From the human T2T-CHM13v2.0 reference genome, Homo sapiens, in NCBI RefSeq assembly GCF_009914755.1, contig NC_060925.1: a stretch of DNA of 64,000 nt, one strand, 5' to 3'. The notes under the pieces were generated by a model. That model did no database searches and had not been told where the DNA came from. It worked only from the letters and a program-made list of their open reading frames with translations. This document shows, in pieces, positions 40,770 through 53,821 of this stretch; the stretch's first letter is position 1, and the number at the start of each line of letters is the position of its first letter. The position numbers and the translations under genes are program-made.

Positions 40770-42030
40770 TATGTACCTGTCTCATAATCCCTCTAAACAT
40801 ACACAAAAGACAACAGATTTAATAGCTTCTCTTCTCATAAAGGGACGCCAACGTTGCGTCCAGCTGTCAGGATATGACCCTGCTACTCTTTCCTACCTTT
40901 AAGCAAGGAACAATTTCATACTCTCTTAGCTCGTGATCTTGATTGGCAAGTAGCAATGGCTGACTTTATTCGTAATATCAGCTTCAATTTACCAGCCTCT
41001 AAGCTCCTGAACTTTTTACAAACTATGCCTGTGAAGTTTGTATCTATTGTTGTCTCTGAGCCTTTACTTCATGCCATCACTCTCTTTACAGATGGTTCAG
41101 GAAAAACTGGAAAAGCAGCTATAGTGTGGCAAGATGCCATGCAAAACTGGCAGTACAGAATCCAGGAGCATTTTAAAAACTACACAACAGGCAGAGTTAG
41201 GTGCCTTGATATTGGCCTTACAAATTTTCCTCACCAAGACGTAAATATACTTAGTGATTCCACTTATGCGGTGTATAGTATTACTCATTTAGATCTTGCA
41301 CATGTGAAGGGCATTACTAATGAACCCCTACTAGCTTTGTCTCTTGCAGCGCAAGACTCCTCCTTGCCAGTCATCACCCTCTTTACATCACACATATTCG
41401 CTCTCATTCTGGGCTATCTGGTCCCTTGTCAGAAAGGAATGCTTGAGCTGATGCTCTGGTACGACCACAGATGTGGTTTGCAGATTCTCCTGCTTTTTTG
41501 CGAGCTCAAGCTGATCATGCTGTTTTTCATCAGAACGCCTGCAGTCTTAAACAACAGTTTCATTTGACACTTGCTTAAGCTCACATGATTATTAAAACTG
41601 TCCTGATTGCCAACAGCGTTCTCTTTCCCCTTTTTCCTTAGGGCTTAGTGCCAGCCTACGAGGTCTGGTGCCTAACACTATCTGGCAAACTGATGTTACT
41701 CAGTAACCATCCTTTGGAAGTTTTAAATTTCTCCACGTTACCATGGACACTTATACAGGCCTGACACATGCTACCCCCCAGACGGGAGAAAAAAACTAAA
41801 GATGCATTTGCTAATTTGTTTAACTCTATTATGACTCTAAGCTTTCCACACACTATAATAACTGATAATGGACCTTACTATCTTAGTGCTCAATTTGCAT
41901 ATGCATTGCAACTTTGGTACATACAACACAAAACTGGTATTCCTTCTAACTCAGCCAGTCAGGCCATTGTTAAATAAGCTCATCAAACTCTTAAAATATA
42001 TCTTAATAAACAAAAAAGGGGGAATATGGG
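40770..42030 (+). pseudogene. pol 3' part: RT connection, RNase H and integrase core, disrupted
   Basis: IASLLIKGRQRCVQLSGYDP; LFTDGSGKTG and VNILSDS (RNase H); IWQTDVT and ITDNGP (integrase). Confidence 0.9.
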
Positions 42031-42073
42031 GCTCTGTTCTCGAGACTAGGACCTGTCGGAGAATCAACCAATA

Positions 42074-43976
42074 ATGACAATGATGACTCAGAAGTCACCT
42101 AACATTACCTGGGGACAGCTAAAGGGATTGGATCAACAGGCATCTATCCTGCTTGCAGCCGTGGAAGCCCATGCAACTGCAGAGAATCGGTTTCTTATGT
42201 ATCTGTGGCAACTGGGGAAACTTCTGAGAAAGTAAGACAGACATGGATGTTGGGGTGGCTGGTAATTCTTATACTTTGCCAAGTGGGATCAGCTCAAGAA
42301 CATGTTTATTGGAGTCATGTTCTAAATCCCCGTGTTTTTAATGTTATTACATGGTGGGATGCTGACCCGCCTTTGTCATCTAATGACACTTCTTGGATAG
42401 GAGGTCGATGGATGCTCTTGTCTTACCCCTTAACTGAAAATTTGGGATGGATTAAACTTAATTACTCCTTGATTTTATTGTATAGCAATCCCCCTATTTG
42501 TTTTTCCACAATAGCACGTGATAAGTGTGTCATTCTCAATCTTCAGGAATATCTTTACCTCAGTCCAAAAGGGATACTAAGCTTGCAAACTTGACCTTTA
42601 TTTCTGCTGTTACCACTAATCTTACTGAGGTCTCTAATGAAGCTACACAAGGGCCTGATCTTCCTATATGCCGTCTGAGTAGAGACTGGCAATATAAGTT
42701 TGATGTCGTCCAGTGTTCGCTGTGCAGACAGCCTGCGCCCCATCAAGGGCCTCTGTTTGATAATGGGGTCCCCATGGTAATCTTATGTGTGCCAATCAGA
42801 CTACTGGATTTGGAGTCCTTCCAATAGTTTTGTCACCTGGTCAGAGTATGGGCTTTCAGGACCAATATTATAACTAACAGGGAAACAGGCTTTAAGCCCT
42901 GCTCATACCGAAATTTGGAGACTAGGACTTCCTTTTATTGAATGGGTTCTTTCACATGGTGAGTATATTACTAGTGGTGGCAACTATACCCTCTCTTTGC
43001 ATAATAATGTTACTGACACAGTCCTGATTTGTACTATGCACCCCTATATACTTTTGTTTGGGCAAGGTGTTCCTAACATAGAGCAGAATCAATCCTTTTA
43101 TAGTATTAAAGTCTCTTCCAGTAGTTAGTATGCTACATGATTGTCTCATCAAAACATTACACAGTTGAATATAACCTATGTCATGATTGTAAAATGGCGT
43201 GCAGAATTGTAGCTGCCCATAAATTTAACCAGGAGCTGGGAAGGAGATTCCACTCTGCAGCTATTTAGAAAAGCACTGTCTCATACTCAGAAAAAAAGAT
43301 TTCTGGCCACTTTAATTGCCTTTTTAGTCTCAGCTATTATTATATTAGCAACTGCCGCTACTGTGGCTGTTTCTCTGACACAATCTATTCACGCAGCCTC
43401 AGTGGTGAACCACACTGCATATAATGTAACCCATGAATTTCAAGAACAGGTAAATATTGATAAAACTATTCTGCCTCACCTGGAGGCTCTTAAAGCCACT
43501 GTTAAATAGCTAGGGAATCAGCAGCAGGCATTCATTACCTGTCAAAATTTACATTGTGATTGGCAATATAATTCTATCTGTGTCACACTTCTGCCATATA
43601 ATAGCTCCCAATATGCTTGGGAGAGAGTGAACACACATCTGCAAGGGGCTTATTGCGACCATTTGTCTTCTCAAGTTTCTACTCCTAAGTGTGAGTTGAA
43701 GAAACAACTTGAAGAAAGGTCACAGCAATCACAAACAAGTACCCTTCAGCAATTTCAAGAAGGCTTTCAATGGTTAAACCCAAACACTTGGTTGTCTGGG
43801 TTAAACATGCGCATCTGGGTGATGGCCGCTATAGTTATTCTTTCTTGTATCTGTTTGCTAGACATCTGCAGATGGCTCTGTGCTGCTACCCAGCGCGTCG
43901 ACAACCAGGGAAGAACGATAGAAGTTTACCTTGCATTGGATGACCAGCACGCTCTAAGAATTAAAGAAGGGGGAGA
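42074..43976 (+). pseudogene. env (leader, SU, TM), disrupted
   Basis: NITWGQLK leader; YWSHVLNP SU start; KKR|FLATLIAFLVSAII furin site and fusion peptide near 43290; HCDWQYNSICVT loop; hydrophobic anchor. Confidence 0.88.
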
Positions 43977-45753
43977 CGTCGGGGGTGCATGGCAACACAT
44001 TCAAGCTTGTGTACAAGGCATTTGAGGTAGGGGCATGGAAAAAGACGGAGGCACTGTGTGTATGTTATTTGTGCATGGAAATGTAACTCCTTGACCCTGA
44101 AAACAGGACAAGGAGTGGAGCGTGTCATAAGGAAGGCTGAAAACAGCCTCCTGAGAATGTGGTTTGAGTGCTTTTATAAGGCCATAAGTGCCTCACGACC
44201 CGACCTCAAGAGGCCATCTAGTGGATGTTTGTAGTTTAACAAGCCCTTTCAATAAATACTTGGCGGATGGATTCTGGGGTGACACTCTCTCTCAGAAGGG
44301 TGGTCCCCCGCTCCGCTCAGCTAGAATCGTCTGAGAACTCATTCTTGGCGTTCACTGCAAGCTATAAGCTCTGCAAGGGTCAGTTTGGAGTCCTTTTCTA
44401 AATGTTACAAAACCAAACCAAGCACTTAGCTGATGAGAAGGCCACTTTGTGACAAATGAGACTGAGGTCCCAACTTCGTAGAACATGGTTACCATGGATT
44501 TCGCCTGGAAATTTTTCAATAAGTCACTCACTGAGATTTTAATTTCCCATTTGGGTGAACTCAGTAAAATGTAGCATGGGATATGGTAGTAAACCAGAGA
44601 TGCATACCATGTGACTTTGGAGAAGAAGAGGTAAATGTTAACATATAGATAAGATAGAAAGTAGAGAACAACAAAGAAAAAACATTCTTATGTACTCTGG
44701 GTTATAGGAAAGTTTATTGCGAAATGGATCTGTATTGTCATAGGTGATAAAATAAGCCAAATTTTTGCCTTATGCCATCATTGACCCACAATGGCCTTAG
44801 CCTCTGATAAGTCAATTAAGTGAGTGAGTAAATCTGGTAAATCTGTTCCAGATGTTGGTACTTCTCTTAATATCCAAGTATCCAGCATCAAAAGAGCGTA
44901 GGGAGAAATATTCTCCAAGCTCCCCTTTGCAACTTCCAAGCTAGGCTGTTACCCCTATGATCTAATGTGGTTTGTTTAAAGCTTCCATCCTATGTCATTG
45001 ATCTATGCTGTTTTTTAATCCCTTCTCTTCACTGTTATCTACCACACTCACCCAAGTTAGGCACAACACTCTTCCCCCCTCACCTCTTAAAATCACTCTG
45101 AGTGGTCTCAGAATCTATATGAATGAGTCAGTTCATATCTCAGCCTCAAAATTCCTTGATCGTCACCCCACCTCCACTAAAATTGAACAAACTATTGGTT
45201 TGAATAATAAAAGTGTATTTTTATAAGTAAAAAATTCGAATATTGGCAATTGCATATGGTTTGAGCAAGTCTTGCTAAGGCCACATTTTGACCTAGTAAT
45301 GACCTGAAACAACCGCACCTGTGAAATCTTAAAATCCAGTATCCTATTCTGGACACAACCTCCTAACCCTCTGTGCTGTTCACTTCCTATCCCACTGAAC
45401 TGACGTTGTAATTTCATGATGACTCCCATCACTTGATTGTTTCTTTTTACCTGGTCCATTATCTTTTTCTTTATATGGACCCTATATGCCTTGGGATGTC
45501 ACTTCAAGTCCTCCTTTGACAATTCCTTCAACTTCCACCTCTTAAGACACCTGCCCTGAAATCCTTTAGCTTTGCATTAAGCATGTTGTCTGTGTGCTTG
45601 AGACATTCATTTATCTATTCAGCAAATACTTTTAAAGTACCCACATTGTATCCCAAGTCCCATGTTAGACACTAAGATTACAATGGGTAATGAGCTACAT
45701 GGTTTCTGCCAACTAAAGTACTATCAAGCGAACAGGCACTTAACAATGCGCAG

Positions 45754-46647
45754 ATCTATAAGGAGCTTAAATTTACAAGACAAAAACAACCCCATTAAAA
45801 AGAGGGCAAAGAACATAAACAGACACTTCTCAAAAGAAGACATACATGCAGCCAACAAGCACATGAAAAAATGTCCAACATCACTAATTATTAGAGAAAC
45901 GTAAATCAAAACCACAATGAGATACCACCTCACACCAGTCAGAATGGCTATTTTTAAAAAGTCAAAAAATAACAGACGCTGGCAAAGTTGCAGAGGAAAG
46001 GGGACACTTATATGCTGTTGGTGGGAGTGTAAATTAGTTCAACCATTGTGGAAAGCAGTATGGTGATTCCTCAAAGAGCTAAAAGCAGAACTACATTTGA
46101 CCCAGCAAACCCATTACTGGGTATTTACTCAGAGAAATAGAAATCATTCTATCATAGAGACACACGCATATGAATGTTAACTGCATCACTAATCACAATA
46201 CCAAAGACATGGAATCCACATAAATTCCCATCAATTATAGATTGGATAAAGAAAATGTGGTGCATATACACCATGGAATACTATGCAGCCATAAAAAAGA
46301 ACAAGATCCTGTCTTTTGTGGGAACATGGATGGAGTTGGAGGCTATTATCCTTAGCAAACTAATGCAGGAACAGAAAACCAAAGACCACATGTTCTCACT
46401 TATAAGTGGGAGCTAAATGATGAGAACTCATGAACATAAAGTAGAGAACAACAAACACTGTGGTCTACTTGAGGATGGAGGGTGGGAGGAGGGAGAGGAG
46501 AAGAAAAAATAACTATTGTCCTCTGATCTTTATACCTGGGTGATGAAATAATCTGTACAACAAACCCTCATGACACAAGTTTACCTATGTAATAAACCTT
46601 CACATGTACCCCCAAACCTAAAATAAAAGTTAAAAACAAACAAACAA
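45754..46647 (+). mobile_element. 5' truncated L1PA/PB 3' end
   Basis: ORF2 C-terminus (WIKKMWCIYTMEYYAAIKKN), 3'UTR and A-rich tail; TSD-like caatgcgcag/caatgcacag. Confidence 0.9.
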
Positions 46648-46949
46648 AGCAATGCACAGTATGTAGGGTCTATTTCAGGGGAAGCACATATTATAGGAAC
46701 TCATGCTTTGCATACCTAATCCACATGTGGTATCTGCCAGAGAAAGTGATCCTTTTACTTTCATGATGTCTGGGTATATGTATAAAATAAGAAGAGAAGA
46801 GAAAAGCAAGAGAAAGAAATGAAGCAAAATAACCCTAATCGAACCTCTGTTTCTCCAAATATTACTACATCTCGGAATTAGTCATGCTGGGCAAAATCTG
46901 CTTCCAGGTATACTCTGGAATTCCTCTAGGGATTGAATTATTTTTTAAT

Positions 46950-47012
46950 TAATTTTTTGTTGGATATTGGCAAGTTATAATTGTATATATTTTATGAGGT
47001 ACAAAATGATTC

Positions 47013-47061
<49 letters not shown>

Positions 47062-47395
47062 CAATATGGAATGATTGAATCCAGTTAATTAAGAAATCCG
47101 TCACTTCAAATTCTTATCATTTATGCCTCCTGTCTGGCTGAAACATTATATACTTTGACCAACATCTCCCCATTCCCCTAACTCTCCAGCCTCTGTTAAT
47201 ACCCATTCTACTCTCTGCTTCTATGTATTCAATTTTTTTAGCTTCCACGTATAAGTGAGAACATATGGCATTTGTCTTTTGTATCTGGCTTATTTCACTT
47301 AGAAAAATGTCCTTCTGGTTCATCCATGTCACAACATAATCTATTTTTTTAAGGCTGAATAGTATTCTATTGTGTGAATATATAGATAGATACAT

Positions 47396-47434
<39 letters not shown>

Positions 47435-50400
47435 TATATATATATATATAATATATACACCTGTATATGTATGCATATACAGATACACATACATTCATCC
47501 AAACAGATGGATAAAGAAAATGTTCTATATATGGATGGACACTAAGATTGATTCCATAACTTGGCTATTGTGACTGATGCTGTAATGAACATGGAAGTAC
47601 AAATATTTCTTCAACATAGTGATTTTAAAACTTTTGGATATATACCCAGAAGAGGATTTGTGGATTATATGATAATTTAGTCTTTTGAGAGACCTCTATA
47701 CTGTTTTCCCTAATGGCTGTCTTAGCTTACATTCCCACCAACAGTATACTAGGTTCCCTATTCTCTACATCCTTGCCAACAACTATTTTTTGTCTTTATT
47801 ATAATTGCCATTCTGATAGGTGTTAAGTTATATCTCATTGTGGTTTTAATTTGCATTTCCCCAGTAATTAGTGATGTTGAACATTTTTTTCATGTATTAT
47901 TGACTATTTGTATGTCTTCTGTGTTGCTCCGGCTCATTTATCAACTGACCCAAAAGACTGCCAGTTTTGAGGGGGGTCCAGAACAGAAGGCTCTGCAACA
48001 AATCCAGGCTGCTGTGCAAGCTGCTCTGCCACTTGGGCCATATGACCCAGCAAATCCAATGGTGCTTGAGGTGTCAGTGGCAGATAGGGATACTGTTTGG
48101 AGCCTTTGGCAGGTCCCCATAGGTGAATCACAGCTAGGATTTTGGAGCAAGGCCCTGCCATCTTCTGCAGATAACTACTCTCCTTTTGAGAGACAGCTCT
48201 TGGCCTGTTACTGGGCTTTGGTGGAAACTGAATATTTGACTATGGGTCATGAAGTCACCATGCTCCCTGAACTGCCTATCATGACCTGGGTGCTTTCTGA
48301 TCCATCTAGTTATAAAGTGGGGTGTGCACAGCAGCATTCCATCATCAAATGGAAGTGGTATATAATGTGATCTGGCTCAAGCAGGTCCTGAAGGCACAAG
48401 TAAGTTACATGAGGAAGTGGCTCAAATGCCCATGGTCTCTGCTCCTGCCACCCTGCCTTCTCTTCTTCAGCCTGCACCAATGGCCTCATGGGGAGTTCCC
48501 TATGGTCAACTTACAGAGGAAGAGAAGACTAGGGCCTGGTTCACAGATGGTTCTGCAAGATACACAGAAACCACCCGAAAGTGGACAGCTGTAGCAATAC
48601 AGCCCCTCTCTAGGACATCCTTGAAAGACAGCAATGAAGGGAAATCTTCCCAGTAGGCAGAACTTCCAGCAGTGCACCTGGCTGTGCACTTTGCATGAAA
48701 TTAGAAATGGCCAGATGTGCAATTATATACTGATTCATGGGCTGTAGCCAATGGTTTGGCTGGATGGTCAGGGACTTGGAAGAAGCATGATTGGAAAATT
48801 GGTGACAAAGAAATTTGGGGAAGAGGCATGTGGATGGAGCTCTCTGAGTGGTCAAAAACTGTGAAGGTATTTGTATCCCATGTGAGTGCTCACCAACGGG
48901 TGACCTCTGCAGAGGAGGATTTTAATAATCAAGTGGACCCGGTGACCCATTCTGTGGACACCACTCAGCCTCTTTCCCCAGCCACCTCTGTCATCGCCCA
49001 ATGGATCCATGAACAAAGTGGCCATGGTGGCAGGGATGGAGGTTACTCATGGGCTCAGCAACATGGACTTCCATTCACCAAGGCTGACCTGGCTATGGCC
49101 ACTGCTGAGTGCCCAATTTGTCAGCAGAAGAGACCCACACTGAGCCCTCCATATGGCACCATTCCTTGGGGTGATCAGCCAGCTACCTGGTGGCAGATTG
49201 ATTATATTGGACCTCTTTTATCATGGAAAGAGCAGAGGTTTTTCCTCACTGGATAGAATAAGTGTCTATCCGGAATAGACACTTACTCTGGATATGGGTT
49301 TGCCTATCCTACACAAACGGCTTTTGCCAAGACTACATCCGTGGACTCACAGAATGCCTTATTTACCATCATGGATTCCATACAGCATTGCCTCTGATGA
49401 AGGCACTCATTTTATGGCCAAAGAAGTGTGGCAGTGGGCTCATGCTCATGAAATTCACTGGTCTTACCATGTTCCCCAACATTCTGAAGCAGCTGGATTG
49501 ATAGAACGGTGCAATGGCCTTTTGAAGTCACAATTACAAAGCCAACTAGGTGACAATATTTTGCAGGGCTGAGGCACAGTTCTCCAGAAGGCCATGGACG
49601 TTCTGAATCAGCGTCCAGTATATGGTACTGTTTCTCCCATAGCCAGGATTCATGGGTCCAGGAATCAAGGGGTGGAAGTAGAAGTAGCACCACTCACCAT
49701 CACCCCTAGTGATTCACTAGCAAAATTTTTGCTTCCTTGTCCCATGACATTATGTTCTGCTTGCCTGGAGGTCTTAGTTCCAGAGGGAGGAATGCTGCCA
49801 CCAGGAGACACAACGATCCATTATACTGGAAGTTAAGATTGCCACCTGGACACTTTGGGCTTCTCCTCCCTTTAAGTCAACAGGCTAAGAACGGAATTAC
49901 AGTGTTGGCTGGGGTGATTGACCCGGACTATCAAGATGAAATTAGTCTACTACTCCACAATGGAGGTAAGGAAGAATATGAATGGAATACAGGAGATCCA
50001 TTAGGGTGTCTCTTAGTATTACCATGCCCTGTGATTAAGGTAATGGGAAACTACAACAGCCCAATCCAGGCAGGACTACGAATGATCCAGGCCCTTCAGG
50101 AATGAAGGGTTGGGTCACTCCAACAGGGAAAAAACATGGCCGCCTGAGGTGCTTGCTGAAGGCAAATGGGATACAAAATGGGTAGTAGAACAAGGTAGTC
50201 ATTGGTATCAGCTACCACGACAGGACCAGCTGTAGAAACGAGGACTGTAATTGTCATGAGTATTTCCTCCTTCTTTTGTTAAAAACATGTTTGTACATGT
50301 ACACACTTGTACCAAGAAAATATCTTCATTTTTTTTCCTTTCTCCTTTATCATGTGACATAAGATTTATTGACTTCACATTAGCATTTAAGTATCGTTAA

Positions 50401-51265
50401 CTTTATGTATTTGGGTTGGGGACTGGTGCATTTTGGTTGTATGAAGGATAGTTGTATTATGTTAAGCGTAATTATGACCTTATTATTGTCTTTATTTGAA
50501 GATTATGTGTGATCTTAGGAGATGTGTATGGCTTCAAGTTGACAAGGGATGGCTAATACTGAGGGTCAACTTGATTCAGTTGAAGGATACAAAGTATTGA
50601 TCCTGGGTGTGCCCTTGAGGGTGTTGCCAAAGGGGATTAACATTTGAGTCAGTGGGCTGGGAAAGGCAGACCCACCCTAAATCTGGGTGGGCACAATCTA
50701 ATCAGCTGCCAGTGCAGCTAGAATATAAGCAGGCAGAAAAATGTAAAAAGAAAGACTGGCCTAGCCTCCCAGCCTACATCTTTCTCCCGTGCTGGATGCT
50801 TCCTGCCCTTGAACATCAGACTCAAAGTTCTTCAGTTTTGGAAATCAGACTGGCTCTCCTTGCTACTCAGACTGCAGATGGCCTATTGTGGGACCTTGTG
50901 ATCATGTGAGTTAACATTTTTAAAAATCCCCTTTATATATTCCATTAATTCTGTCCCTCTAGAGAACCCTGACTAATACATCCTCTTTTGAGAAATGTCT
51001 GTTTAGGCCGTTTGCTTATTTTTTAATCAGGTCGTTTTCTTGTTATTGAGTTGTTTGAGTTCCTTATATATTTTAGATATTCCCTCTTTATTGGATGTAT
51101 GGCCTTGCAAATATTTCCTCCCGTTTCACAGGTTGCCTGTTCACTCTGTTATTTGTTTCCTTTGCTGTGCAGGAGCTTTTTTGTTTGATGTAATACCATT
51201 TGTCTATTTTTGGTTTTGTTGCCTGAGGTTTGGAGTCGAATCCAAAAAAATCATTGCCCAGAACA
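46950..51265 (-). mobile_element. L1M(A) 3' end, interrupted by HERV-L (47920-50980), containing (TA)n 47017-47054 and (TG)n 47399-47432
   Basis: Antisense L1 3'UTR/ORF2 sequence is contiguous on both sides of the HERV-L. Confidence 0.85.
47920..50980 (+). mobile_element. 5'-truncated HERV-L: pol 3' part (RNase H, integrase), dUTPase, and 3' LTR (MLT2A-like, ~50549-50980)
   Basis: RAWFTDGSA, LYTDSWAVANG, HEQSGHGG...CPICQQ, WQIDYIGP, IASDEGTHF, GVIDPDYQDEI; LTR ends gactaataca. Confidence 0.93.
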
Positions 51266-52763
51266 ATATCAAAAATAAAGAAAATATAAACACTATAATC
51301 TTTAAATTATACTTTAAAAATACACCTGACATATGGCCTCAATAGATTTTCATTGCCTCCAAGTAATTCTACATGGTTTCAGACTTTTAAAGAAACGTCA
51401 AAATCTTTCCCAAAAAAATCTGTTAGAGTGATTCATTAAACTAAGAAAGAGAAGACAAATCAACAAAGCAGTGTTCAAGGAGGCTTACAGTAAAATTTCA
51501 CATAGACAGTCAAATCTAACAACCCAGGTAAGAACTAAATAAAGAGGACAAGAAAGTCATTCAATTAAAAAGCCCAAGCAATGCAAAGTTATTGTAATTG
51601 AGAAAAATCTATTTAACTCGGTTCCTGAACCCACATGCAAAAGGAAAACATGTTAAATGCTTCTTCCTAACCTATTTTAGCTGTTTCTAGAGATAAAGCT
51701 TTTCCTAAATTTCAAAGAAGCTCAGAATTCTTAAGGGGGAGGGGAGACTAAAAATTAGTGATGACCTGTACAATGGACAGCACAAATCAAACTCCAGAGG
51801 GCACACTGAGTTCACGTGTGATTCAGGCAGGCACAGGAATGCACTACTCCTACTGGTAGGGCATGGAAGTGGGACCCCAGGCAGCACTTTAAGGATCAAG
51901 GCAACCAGTCCATGTAGAGAAAAGTCTCCCTCCTCAGACACTAATCTGAGGTTTGGAAAGCAAAATACTACCACCATCATCACACCAACTCGGGGGGGAA
52001 AGTGCAGGGTGAGGGAGAGGTGAGCAAAACTCAGGGCCTTGACAGAGAAGAAAATGGTGTGATATTATTATCATTATCATTAATTATTTTATCTGATAAT
52101 GATAACAGCTACCGTTTCCTGGGTTTTTTGTTTTGTTTTGTCTTGTTTTACTGAGTGCCAGGCACTAAGTGCTTCACATCTTCACGTCTAGGTCCTCCAC
52201 TAATATTTGAGTGTCCTGAGGCAAGAGGACAAATGTAGATCCAGATACCATGTGTCTAAATATGTAAACATTATAAATCAGGCCTACAAGCTGTTACAAT
52301 GTGTTATCTCCGGTCTTGACAAATATACCTTCATAAGGATTTGGAAGTCCAGGTTCAAATTTAAAATTCTTGGAAACCTCTTAGTGTGATGGTGGGACAT
52401 GACACCTCAGGAACAGATGGGCCATGATTCACCATCTTCCTATCTTTCTCTACTCCACAGTCCAAACCCCAGCAGGCCTCATGCATATGGGTGTGGCCTC
52501 ATCAGCCCATACACCACATCAATAGCTACCCTTTGTCCATCTTTCCAACCTGGAAGTATACATATCTTTGTCACAATCTTCCCTAGGAAGAACTCCAAGT
52601 CAGTTGTGGCACACACAGACCATGGAAGCAGGATGAGTCATTTGTCAGGGAATTTCATGTTGGGTATGTTATGCAGGTTCTAGAAATGTGGGGCTGTGGG
52701 AGGACACACACTGGGTGTCACAACCCCTTGGTCCTGTGGACTCTACACTCCATCGGAAGAGGA

Positions 52764-53821
52764 CAGGACACATTACACAATTTTGGGGACCCAGTACAAA
52801 ATGAAAATGCAGGACCAAGGCCTTATTCAAACATCAGGAAAAAAGTGTAATTAAAGTCACTAAAATATAAAGCTTTTTTCTTTCTTCCATAGTGCATCTC
52901 AGCTTGTCACGGTGTTTTTTTGTTTGTTTGTTTGTTTGTTAGTTTTTTGTCATTTAATGTTCTAAGTAAAGAAAAATTATAATTCTAAAGTATTCATATG
53001 AATTTCACCACATGAATTTCACCACATAATGCATCTACATTATGTGTTGCCAGTTTTAAACACAAATGTAAGAACTTTTAACTTGTATATTGAATACACA
53101 ATTTGTATTTTGTAGCTTGTACATGCATACTTACTTTGTTTTGTCAAAACAATGAAAATACTGCATAAAACTGGCTCAAGTGTTTTTATTTCACTTAATA
53201 TGTTCACATTCTACCAACACCCTCTACCTTCAGCTGACTGATGAATAAGAAAAGACTGAAAGGAAAAGGAACTATGGGCTGCCTCATCTTTCTCCTTCCT
53301 TCTATGTCATCATTTTCAGCACAAGTAATTGGCAAATACAGGGAAGTAACACAAATAAAAAAGGATAGGTAGAATCACGTGGTCTTTTATGTTTCTTAGA
53401 ATGTCTTTGCCTTCTTTCTGTGTTTAAAGAAAGTTCTGGTTTGAACTAAAAGTGTGGTCTCAAGATGTCAGGGCACCTGCTTACTCAGTCCTAGAAATGG
53501 CATGCTTATCTGGCATTTTGAGTCTCACTGACTTTCCAAGCATTCTAGGCCTACCCAAATTCTTTGTGCATGAGCCATCAGGAACCTGTATGCAAATGGC
53601 ACAGTAAGGAATGGCAGATACACATAATCACACCTATCTCCACTAGTTACACATGTTCTCTATTGTCCCATCAGGCTTCCCTTATAAAACACAAGTTCAA
53701 AGATAAAATTATTAAGAATTTTAAGACAACTGAAGCAGAGGATTAAACCAAGCACAGGACCCCTTGAGTGCAGGGCCATAAGTGACTACACAGGTCTCTC
53801 ATGCCCTTGAAACTCACCCTG
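52764..53821 (-). mobile_element. MER45-like hAT-Tip100 DNA transposon
   Basis: Termini caggac...caccctg and gttcaaagataaaattattaagaatttt match the recalled MER45 consensus. Confidence 0.65.

Larger units (their letters stand above)
38098..44375 (+). mobile_element. Defective class II (betaretrovirus/HERV-K-like) provirus
   Basis: LTRs at 38098-38494 and 43977-44375; TSD AGGGT at 38093-38097 and 44376-44380; degenerate Lys-like PBS at 38497; PPT aaagaagggggaga; gag, pol and env remnants. Confidence 0.95.
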
